In this document: positions 1 to 6,991 of the stretch, piece by piece
Numbering within the stretch: position 1 is the stretch's first letter
How the letters are laid out: every line of letters starts with the position of its first letter
Translations under genes and position numbers: made by a program
Source: Promethearchaeota archaeon
GTDB taxonomy: Archaea; Asgardarchaeota; Lokiarchaeia; Sigyniarchaeales; SOKP01
NCBI GenBank assembly: GCA_048941265.1
Contig: JBHLNT010000111.1
Span: 1 to 13,809 of the forward strand
DNA: 13,809 nucleotides
Reading direction: 5' to 3'
Notes under the pieces: generated by a model
What the model was told of the DNA's origin: nothing
Databases searched by the model: none
Seen by the model: only the letters and a program-made list of their open reading frames with translations

Positions 1-471
1 TTATGGCTAATTCCTTTGATGTTTTTTATCTTTTTATTGATCGATGGTCCATTATTTGAGGAATTTGGATGGAGAGGGTATGCTAAACCTCGAATGGAAG
101 AAAAGACTAATTCTCTTTTAGCAAATTTAATTTTAGGATTTATTTGGGGATTTTGGCATTTACCGCTATTTTTTATGGTAGGATTTCCTCATCATGATTT
201 TATCCCTCTATGGTTATTCATACTTAATGATGTAGTCTTTAGTCTTTTAATAGCATGGATACAAAATAATACTCAACAGAGCGTCGTTCCAGCTTTAATA
301 ATTCATACCTGGATGAATCTTATGTTTGTTCTTTTACCTTTAATGGAACTTATGCCAGGAGGGAATTATATGCCATGGCTATTAAGTTTAATCATCTTGG
401 GAATATTAATCGTCATAGTCATTAGTTTTTACGGAATTGATTTTACGAGGAAAAACACTCAAAATTCATAA
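1..471 (+). CDS. CPBP family (CAAX protease/Rce1/Abi-like) intramembrane glutamic endopeptidase, 5' truncated by the window edge
   Basis: Frame is open from base 1 (TTA TGG CTA ATT CCT TTG ATG...). Has CPBP motifs EExxxR (EEFGWRG), FxxxH-like (WGFWHLP) and HxxxN (HTWMN), plus several hydrophobic helices. Confidence 0.92.
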   Translation, partial: LWLIPLMFFIFLLIDGPLFEEFGWRGYAKPRMEEKTNSLLANLILGFIWGFWHLPLFFMVGFPHHDFIPLWLFILNDVVFSLLIAWIQNNTQQSVVPALIIHTWMNLMFVLLPLMELMPGGNYMPWLLSLIILGILIVIVISFYGIDFTRKNTQNS

Positions 472-538
472 TTCTTTATTTTTTTTAAAATTTAAGAAAT
501 AAAGAACCATCCGCTATAAAAAAAGAAAATAAAAAAAA
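472..538. terminator. Putative bidirectional oligo-T terminator region between convergent genes
   Basis: T-run on + (about 475-486) after the CPBP stop. A-runs at about 517-538 read as T-runs on - after the glutaredoxin stop. Archaeal intrinsic terminators are oligo-T tracts. Confidence 0.45.
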
Positions 539-853
539 TTATTTCTTCTTCATCTTAAATAAGTCTTTAAACAGTTTTTGGGCTTCTTTCTTTTTTAATC
601 CATCGATTCCCCATAACCTATTGAAGATATATTTACCCTTGTACATTACAACCGGTGTATTGACCACACATCCCTCTTTATCACAAAACATCCCTACAAA
701 GTTGGAGTCATGAAGTAATTGATGTACAAATTCCTCATCATCTATATCCTTTTCAACATAAGGAAGCTGGTTCTCTTTCATCCATTCCTTAAGCTCTTTG
801 CATCTATGGCAATCAGATTTTGTTATGATAAGAGGTAGTTGAATATCACTCAT
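539..853 (-). CDS. Glutaredoxin/NrdH-like thioredoxin-fold protein with an extra Cys pair
   Basis: N-terminal TKSDCHRCKELK (CxxC), YVEKDID strand, cis-Pro-loop-like NTPVVMYKG. Extra CDKEGC just before the cis-Pro. GAGGGA lies upstream. Confidence 0.8.
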   Translation of the reverse strand: MSDIQLPLIITKSDCHRCKELKEWMKENQLPYVEKDIDDEEFVHQLLHDSNFVGMFCDKEGCVVNTPVVMYKGKYIFNRLWGIDGLKKKEAQKLFKDLFKMKKK

Positions 854-1081
854 ATTTATAAAATATCCCTCTAAGATAAAAAAACTTTAGATTCTATTTT
901 ATAAAATTGATCTTTCCTAATAGTAAATCTTTGAAATTATGCTAAATGAAATCTTTATAAATCTAAATTTTCATTCTTTTAATAATAGTAATTCTAGAAA
1001 TTACGTTTATTAAGTCTAAAATATGGTATTTCAAAAGTCACATTAAAATTAGAAATGAATTTTAAATAATTCCTCAAATGT

Positions 1082-1093
1082 TAATTTATAAAC
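1082..1093 (+). promoter_or_regulatory. Putative archaeal TATA box upstream of the 7-TM gene
   Basis: TAATTTATAAAC about 52 nt upstream of ATG 1146. The identical 12-mer lies upstream of the HEAT gene (3292-3303). Confidence 0.35.
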
Positions 1094-1145
1094 CTAGAAT
1101 ATTTTTAAATGAAATATAGACTAACTATTTACAATTAAAGATGAA

Positions 1146-2021
1146 ATGTCAGTTCCAGAAGCGTACCCTATAGGTTATCGTACAGGTTTTGATATGATAC
1201 TTTGGTACCTAAATTTTTTTGTGTGTCTTTTGATTGTTATTATCTTTATTGCTCGAGCTTCTAAAATTAAATTCATAAATAAAAAGAAATTATATTATGG
1301 TAATATTTTTATAGCTTTGAGCATCGCTTTTACTCATTTACTGTTTCAAATGGGTTATACCTTCCCGGAAAGATATAACTTATTTATGGCAAGTGGTTAC
1401 ATATCAACATACTCAGGATTAACGATTTTCATTTACTCTTGGGAAAAAAATGTAATTAAATTGAAGTTCATTCCTACTATTTTTAGCTTACTCTTAACCT
1501 GTTTCATAATTGCAAATTTTCTATATAATCTAGCTTTTAACCAACAGTTAATTGAATCTATAAGTCTATTAGTGCCAATAGGAGGAATTATGGCATTTTT
1601 AGCATTAATATTAATAATATTCCGATTTAGCCAAAAAGTTATTGGGAAAATAAGATATTTTGGGTTTTTAGTAATTAGCTCAATTATATCATATGCTGTT
1701 GGATATACCCTGGATACATATTATGCATTCGAATTAATACCAGATTTATCACCTATAATATGTCCTGTCGTTGTTTTGATATCTACTTTACTCTTTTTTT
1801 ACGGAGTAATTAAGGTTTCAGATGGAATATTATTTTATTATCAAAAAACCCATGTTTGTATTGTTCATAAAGGAATAATATTACAAAATGATCAAATATA
1901 TCTTTGTCCAAATTGTAATGCTATATATTGTAAGAATTGTTATGAAAAAGTAATTAAACTCGAAGGATGTTGGAATTGCTTTGAGATGTTTAAAGTACAA
2001 GAAGAATTTAAAAAAGATTAA
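1146..2021 (+). CDS. 7-transmembrane protein with a C-terminal RING-like zinc finger
   Basis: Seven hydrophobic segments by eye, then C-x2-H-x12-C-x2-C-x4-C-x2-C-x9-C-x2-C (nt 1857-1979). Confidence 0.75.
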   Translation: MSVPEAYPIGYRTGFDMILWYLNFFVCLLIVIIFIARASKIKFINKKKLYYGNIFIALSIAFTHLLFQMGYTFPERYNLFMASGYISTYSGLTIFIYSWEKNVIKLKFIPTIFSLLLTCFIIANFLYNLAFNQQLIESISLLVPIGGIMAFLALILIIFRFSQKVIGKIRYFGFLVISSIISYAVGYTLDTYYAFELIPDLSPIICPVVVLISTLLFFYGVIKVSDGILFYYQKTHVCIVHKGIILQNDQIYLCPNCNAIYCKNCYEKVIKLEGCWNCFEMFKVQEEFKKD

Positions 2022-2073
2022 TTTTCTTGTTAAAGATACATTATCACTATGTTTTTTTAAGTTATTTTAATAA

Positions 2074-3153
2074 TTAAATCATATGTCGAACGAGCCATCT
2101 TAAAGCTTGCATTATCTTACCTTTTTCTTTTTTCACATTTATAGGAAAATATTTAACTTTCATGCCGCAATCTCGTAATTCTTTAAAATTTAACTTATTA
2201 TATATGTAGTCCGATTCAAATTCTCCTCTATCATCAAATATATTACCGATTATCAATATGGGTACTTCTTGATTTCCAATTTCTTGGCACTTATTTACAA
2301 TTTTTTGAAATTTTTCTAAACCCCCACTAACAGAATTTTTATCGCTGGCATTAAGCATTACTATAAAGCCTTGGGCGTTTTTTATGCAACCCCCAAAATT
2401 TTTACATCGATCGCAATCAAAATCTTGTTCAAAACAATCATAGGTTAGGATTGCGAGGTTATCTATTATAATTTCATAAATCATTGTTGGTAAATCATTA
2501 TTTATTTGATTGTGAAATTGAATATCCTCCACATTTTTTAAAAAAGTCGTTTTTCCAGCATATCTTTCTCCAAAGATAAAAATCTTTTTGGAAACTTGTT
2601 TAAGATGGATTGGAGATTCAACTTTGAACTTTGGGGAGAGTTCTATTAGATATTTTTCATACAATTTTAAAAAGTCATTTTTGAATTTTTGTGAGCCGAT
2701 ATCAAGGATAGTATCCTTTATACCAGATTTATTCTTATTGTGAAGTATCTCTGGAAGCTCTTTTAAATTTTTTAGTTCTTCAGCATAACTCTCAAGGATT
2801 GGTTTTTTACTCTCTAAATATTTGAACACGTCTACAATCTCATTTCGAAAATAAGCAGCTCTTATCATATAAGAGATCATTAGGAGTTCTTCACCTCCTC
2901 TGGCATATTCAGAACTAATATTAAAAATATGATTAACAGTCTGATACTTCCGAAAAGCAAAAATAAAACTACCTAGCTCATCGTTAAATTCGAGGATTCT
3001 ATTTAAATTCGGATGTTCATTGTCGTCCAATGATTCCTGACAATAGAATTGACTTGGTCCTATTATCTGATCAAAATAGGAAATACAAAGAATCTCTTCC
3101 CTTGGATAAGAACTTGCTTCAGAATAGTTATTATTTTTTATAGACATATCCAC
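2074..3153 (-). CDS. Longin/uDENN-like domain (FLCN/SMCR8/C9orf72-like) fused to a degenerate Arf/Ras-like small GTPase domain
   Basis: N-terminal SYFDQIIGP and NHIFNISSEYARGG motifs. C-terminal P-loop GERYAGKTT, G2-like LPT, G3 DCFEQ, GFIVMLNAS strand, G4 NIFD and an Arf-like terminal ALRWL. Start is GTG 3153 or ATG 3147, with AGGA upstream. Confidence 0.78.
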   Translation of the reverse strand: MDMSIKNNNYSEASSYPREEILCISYFDQIIGPSQFYCQESLDDNEHPNLNRILEFNDELGSFIFAFRKYQTVNHIFNISSEYARGGEELLMISYMIRAAYFRNEIVDVFKYLESKKPILESYAEELKNLKELPEILHNKNKSGIKDTILDIGSQKFKNDFLKLYEKYLIELSPKFKVESPIHLKQVSKKIFIFGERYAGKTTFLKNVEDIQFHNQINNDLPTMIYEIIIDNLAILTYDCFEQDFDCDRCKNFGGCIKNAQGFIVMLNASDKNSVSGGLEKFQKIVNKCQEIGNQEVPILIIGNIFDDRGEFESDYIYNKLNFKELRDCGMKVKYFPINVKKEKGKIMQALRWLVRHMI

Positions 3154-3159
3154 TTTCCT

Positions 3160-3313
3160 AAAAGAACTTAAAATTAAACTTAAATCTAATAAAAATATAA
3201 AAGAACTTAGTTAAAAATGTGTGGTAACTTAAAATATTAAAAACTTTTTTAATTATCTTTTAAAAGTTCCTTATAAAACAACGAAATTCTATAATTTATA
3301 AACAATAAGTTCT
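3160..3313. repeat. Recurrent AGAACTTA/AACTTA motif in a divergent promoter region
   Basis: AAAAGAACTTA at 3160-3170 and 3199-3209. AACTTA at 3177 and 3226. Inverted copy TAAGTTCT at 3306-3313. Confidence 0.35.
3292..3303 (+). promoter_or_regulatory. Putative TATA box upstream of the HEAT-repeat gene
   Basis: TAATTTATAAAC about 39 nt upstream of ATG 3343. Confidence 0.4.
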
Positions 3314-3342
3314 AATGTTTAAGGGCTCTTTAATCTATTAAG

Positions 3343-3792
3343 ATGGATTGGGAAACTAAAAATGTAGAATTTAATCAAACAATAAATAAATTATTTCATG
3401 GAAAAACTACCATGGAGAGAGCAGCAGCGGCTAATCACTTAGGATACTTGAAAGATAAGAGAGCTACTAATTCTTTGGCAAAGGTCCTGAAATCAGAAAA
3501 AGATGCAGTAGTTGTAAATCGAATTATTGAAGCGATGGGTGAAATTAAAGACGTTAGGGCAACATTGTTGATTGTGGATGTTTTAAAAAAAGAATTAGAA
3601 TCACCAGAAGATCAACAAGATAAACAGAGAATATTTCTAATTATCGAAAGTCTAATGAAAATCGGAGATAAACGAGCACTTGAACATTTAGGAATTTTAC
3701 TAGATTCTTGCGACAATGAGATTAGAAATTTAACGATGGAAGCTTTTGAATGTATTGACCCAGATTGGAAAATTAATATTAAAAAACTCTAA
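3343..3792 (+). CDS. HEAT-repeat (PBS lyase HEAT-like) protein
   Basis: Repeated helix-hairpin units: RAAAANHLGYLKDKRA, IIEAMGEIKDVRA, IIESLMKIGDKRALEHL, IRNLTMEAFECI. Confidence 0.88.
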   Translation: MDWETKNVEFNQTINKLFHGKTTMERAAAANHLGYLKDKRATNSLAKVLKSEKDAVVVNRIIEAMGEIKDVRATLLIVDVLKKELESPEDQQDKQRIFLIIESLMKIGDKRALEHLGILLDSCDNEIRNLTMEAFECIDPDWKINIKKL

Positions 3793-3850
3793 ATATTTGA
3801 ATGAACAAATGATATTAATAGAAATCATACTAAAAAAGTAATTGATTTGT

Positions 3851-4174
3851 ATGACTATAGAAGAATTAATAGATAATTTAGCAGTTCAGGTTGAGGGAGA
3901 AAATGCAAAAAAAGAAATAACGATTTTCACCCTTAGCACCTGTATGTGGTGCAAAAAATGTAAGGCATGGTTGAACGGTCGCAATATAAAATACCGCTAT
4001 GTAGATATGGATAGAATTCAAATGTCTCAAAAATCTGAAATATTAGATTACTTGAGAAATAATTATCAAAACCGCATTTCATATCCGTTCATGGTATGCG
4101 ATAAAAAAGATATTGTAGTGGGATATGATCCAAATAAATATGAAGAATTAATGGCAGATGGAGGGACGATTTAA
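3851..4174 (+). CDS. Glutaredoxin family protein
   Basis: FTLSTCMWCKKCK active site, YRYVDMD, cis-Pro SYPFMV, VVGYD. ATG 3851 is preferred over TTG 3842. Stop overlaps the next start (TAATG). Confidence 0.88.
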   Translation: MTIEELIDNLAVQVEGENAKKEITIFTLSTCMWCKKCKAWLNGRNIKYRYVDMDRIQMSQKSEILDYLRNNYQNRISYPFMVCDKKDIVVGYDPNKYEELMADGGTI

Positions 4175-4545
4175 TGGACATGGAAACAAAAGAGGGAATG
4201 CTTCAATATTGTAAGCAAGTAGCTGATAAAAACGGCTGGATTTTAAATAAGGACCAAAACACATTAGATGACCTCCTAGACGGACTCGTAGATAATAAGA
4301 CGAATTTGGGATATCAGTCATGTCCTTGTCGTTTGGCAAGTGGTAAACGAGAGTTGGATAGGGATTTAATATGCCCATGTGATTATGCTCTAAAGGATGT
4401 CCCCGAGTTTGGGGCTTGTTATTGTAATTTATATATGCGACAAGATTACTATGAGAGTATTGGAAAAGAATACGTGATTGTACCAGAGAGACGTTCTACT
4501 GAAAAGGAAAAAGCAGTTTTAAAATATATTAATGAACATACGTAA
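4174..4545 (+). CDS. Ferredoxin:thioredoxin reductase catalytic subunit (FTR-like, 4Fe-4S)
   Basis: Diagnostic CPC...CPC...CxC pattern (SCPCRLASG, ICPCDY, GACYCNLY) and a C-terminal VPERR. GGAGGG lies upstream. Confidence 0.93.
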   Translation: MDMETKEGMLQYCKQVADKNGWILNKDQNTLDDLLDGLVDNKTNLGYQSCPCRLASGKRELDRDLICPCDYALKDVPEFGACYCNLYMRQDYYESIGKEYVIVPERRSTEKEKAVLKYINEHT

Positions 4546-4673
4546 ACACATACTATTTTTTGTAACTATATATTTTTCAATTTTCTTGTTCTAAGAGGTA
4601 TTAGCATTTTTTATCGTTTATTCAATATTTTATAAAGCTAATTTTTATTTATATGAGAATAATATCTTTTATT

Positions 4674-4838
4674 ATGCCCGAAAAGAAAAAATGGACTGAT
4701 GAAGAATTAGACGAAGAAATGGAAAAAAGCTTGAAGGCTGATGAAGCAAAACGCGATCATTGTGGCACTCCTTTACCATCTAGTAAAGAAGTAGGCATTC
4801 AAAGAACAGATGTAAAACTTAAAAAAGATAAAAAATAA
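4674..4838 (+). CDS. Small, highly charged hypothetical protein (about 54 aa)
   Basis: Purine-rich, coding-like segment between T-rich spacers. TTTATAAA at about 4629-4636 upstream and a T-run after the stop. Start is ATG 4674 or 4653. No family recognised. Confidence 0.6.
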   Translation: MPEKKKWTDEELDEEMEKSLKADEAKRDHCGTPLPSSKEVGIQRTDVKLKKDKK

Positions 4839-4910
4839 TAAATCCTTATTTTTTTTCTATTATATTTTAATTTAAATCAGGTACTTCTTTTTGAATTAAG
4901 GTGTTTTTTT

Positions 4911-5903
4911 ATGGGAGATTATTTAGAATATCCAAAGGATAGAAAAAAATATCCAACTGATGAGGTTGATCCTGACCATTTTTATAGCGATGATGAAGTA
5001 CGAGAAATGATAAAAAATTATGATGATTTAAAATTTGAACAAGATGATTATTTCAAACTTTATAATTGTGTTCATTGTGGTTTATGTGAAACAGAGTTAG
5101 AACGGATTCAACTGAAAGAAAAATTTCTTTCGCAAGGATTAACACTTGAAGGGCTTTTAGAAATGCGGGAGTGTTTTCAAAAATATAGAACACCTTATCC
5201 TACAAATAAGATGAGAATGAAAATACCTCAAACTATTTCTGAAAAATCTGATACACTTTATTTTATGGGGTGTTTATCTACCATCAGAATTCCCCATTAT
5301 ACCGAGCATTCTCTCCAGTATCTCTTAAAACAAGGGATTGATTTTACCATCTTAGACACTGAAATTTGCTGCGGATGGCCTTGGTTTGCAAGTGGTTCAA
5401 TGGAAGAATTTAAAATTTGCAAAAAAGAGAATATTGAGATCTTTAAAAACTATAAAAAAGTGATCTGCCTCTGTCCTGCTTGTTATTTTCTTTTCAATAA
5501 ATATTATAAACCAGAAATGAATACGGATATCAAATTTGAGTATATTATAGATTATCTAAAACCTTCAGAGTCAAAAAAATCTGGTATTGTTGAACTTCAG
5601 CATCTTTGTCAACTAATAAATCGCGGAAGAGAGGATGTTTCTGAGTCTGTAGATAATATTTTAAAAGATAGTGGGTATGAAGTAGCAGATGTTCCACATT
5701 GGTGTTGCGGAGGCGGTTTGGGTTATATGCATCGAACAGATATTATTGAAGCCGTTGCTAGAAAGCGAATGGAAGATTTTGACAGAAATTATGTGGATTT
5801 TGCTACAACGTATTGCCCAAGCTGCTGGTGGATATTGCGTAGATTTAGTAAACAATGTAAAATTCATCCCAAAGCAAAAGATATATTTGAATTGCTTCTA
5901 TGA
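4911..5903 (+). CDS. CCG-domain Fe-S protein (HdrB/HdrD/GlpC superfamily), paralog A
   Basis: CVHCGLC, then two complete CCG domains (MGC..ICCGWP..CPAC; HLC..WCCGGG..CPSC). SD-like AAGGTG at 4898-4903. Confidence 0.88.
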   Translation: MGDYLEYPKDRKKYPTDEVDPDHFYSDDEVREMIKNYDDLKFEQDDYFKLYNCVHCGLCETELERIQLKEKFLSQGLTLEGLLEMRECFQKYRTPYPTNKMRMKIPQTISEKSDTLYFMGCLSTIRIPHYTEHSLQYLLKQGIDFTILDTEICCGWPWFASGSMEEFKICKKENIEIFKNYKKVICLCPACYFLFNKYYKPEMNTDIKFEYIIDYLKPSESKKSGIVELQHLCQLINRGREDVSESVDNILKDSGYEVADVPHWCCGGGLGYMHRTDIIEAVARKRMEDFDRNYVDFATTYCPSCWWILRRFSKQCKIHPKAKDIFELLL

Positions 5904-6904
5904 ATGATTCAAAATCTGAAGATTTTTATTGTCCTTGCCGGGAAGCTGACCCAGATCATTTTATTACAAATGAAGAAGTCAAACGGCTTATTGAAAGTAA
6001 TTATATATTTAAGCAGGATGATTATTTAAAAGTTTACAATTGCGTCCATTGCAATGATTGTGGTACTTCAGAGGATAGATTTCTTTTAAAAGAGAGATTT
6101 TTGAAAGATGGCGGAAAAATTAAAGGTTTAAAAGATACTATTAATGCGTTAGAATCATATGGTACACCTTTTACAAAAAATAAGAATCGGATTAAAATCC
6201 CTAAAGGCATTCCTAAAGAATCTGAAACTTTACTATATCTTGGTTGTTTTACTACTGTGAAAACTCCTGTATATGCTGAGAATCTCATAAGATATTTATT
6301 AAAAAAAAAAATAGATTTTACTCTATTAAACGAAGAAATATGCTGTGGGTATCCAATTTTATGTAATGGAGCAACGGACACGTATAATTTGTTAGTTAAA
6401 AAGAATAAAACATTATTAAAAGAAAAAGGATATAAAAAAATAATTACTGCCTGTCCTAGTTGCTATATGGTTTTTAAAAAAGAGTATAGCACTATGGGTC
6501 TTGAAATTAAATATTTCACAGAATTTCTTACTCCGGCAGAAAAGATGAAGTCAGGAAATCTAATTATACAACACGCCTGTCCTCTAAGAAACGGAGAAAT
6601 TCCCGGTATTGTTGAGAACTTAGAAAATTTATATCATAAAAGCGGGTACAATATTCTCTCAAGAATTCCAAAAACTTGTTGCGGTGGTGGTGTGGGTCAT
6701 CAATTAAGAACTGATATCATTGAAACAATAGCCTTGAAGAGAATGGATGATTTTAAAGAGAAGAGTGAATATCTTGAAAAAGATAGTAATAGAGACAGCT
6801 ATATCACTACTTATTGCCCTGATGCTTACTGGATCATAAAAGTTTATGGACGAAAAAAGAGGATTCCTTTTAAACTAAGAGATATGTGTGATTTACTGGG
6901 TTAA
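5900..6904 (+). CDS. CCG-domain Fe-S protein (HdrB/HdrD/GlpC superfamily), paralog B
   Basis: ATGA overlap with paralog A. CPC, CVHCNDC, LGC..ICCGYP..CPSC, HAC..TCCGGG..CPDA. Colinear with paralog A (DPDHF, QDDY.K.YNCVHC, IDFT.L..EICCG, RTDIIE). Confidence 0.88.
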   Translation: MNDSKSEDFYCPCREADPDHFITNEEVKRLIESNYIFKQDDYLKVYNCVHCNDCGTSEDRFLLKERFLKDGGKIKGLKDTINALESYGTPFTKNKNRIKIPKGIPKESETLLYLGCFTTVKTPVYAENLIRYLLKKKIDFTLLNEEICCGYPILCNGATDTYNLLVKKNKTLLKEKGYKKIITACPSCYMVFKKEYSTMGLEIKYFTEFLTPAEKMKSGNLIIQHACPLRNGEIPGIVENLENLYHKSGYNILSRIPKTCCGGGVGHQLRTDIIETIALKRMDDFKEKSEYLEKDSNRDSYITTYCPDAYWIIKVYGRKKRIPFKLRDMCDLLG

Positions 6905-6991
6905 TTAAAATCCTTTATAGTTCCCTCGTTTTTTCTATTTTTTTTAATTTGACTTACATTCTGTTCTGATATGGACTTAATTTTCATTTGA
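6905..6991. terminator. T-rich putative terminator between convergent CCG paralog B and sucD
   Basis: TTTTTTCTATTTTTTTT at about 6929-6945. Confidence 0.35.

Noticed and set aside
1-471. CPBP protease as an abortive-infection defence gene or as a processor of the nearby GTPase
   Set aside because: There is no defence context, and the GTPase fusion ends in RHMI, with no CaaX box.
854-1145. Long AT-rich spacer as a possible ncRNA, CRISPR remnant or replication origin
   Set aside because: It shows no GC-rich stems, regular repeat-spacer pattern or ORB-like G-string, and is explained as a divergent promoter region.
4148-4378. 76-aa minus-strand ORF
   Set aside because: Antisense shadow of the well-supported FTR gene, with no motifs.
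5900-5903. Possible selenocysteine read-through of the TGA ending CCG paralog A
   Set aside because: The TGA is part of an ordinary ATGA overlap, and the C-terminus (FELLL) aligns with the end of paralog B (CDLLG).
5661-6381. ORFs 5661-5867(-), 5689-5907(+) and 6034-6381(-)
   Set aside because: They overlap the CCG genes in other frames or strands and show no recognisable features.
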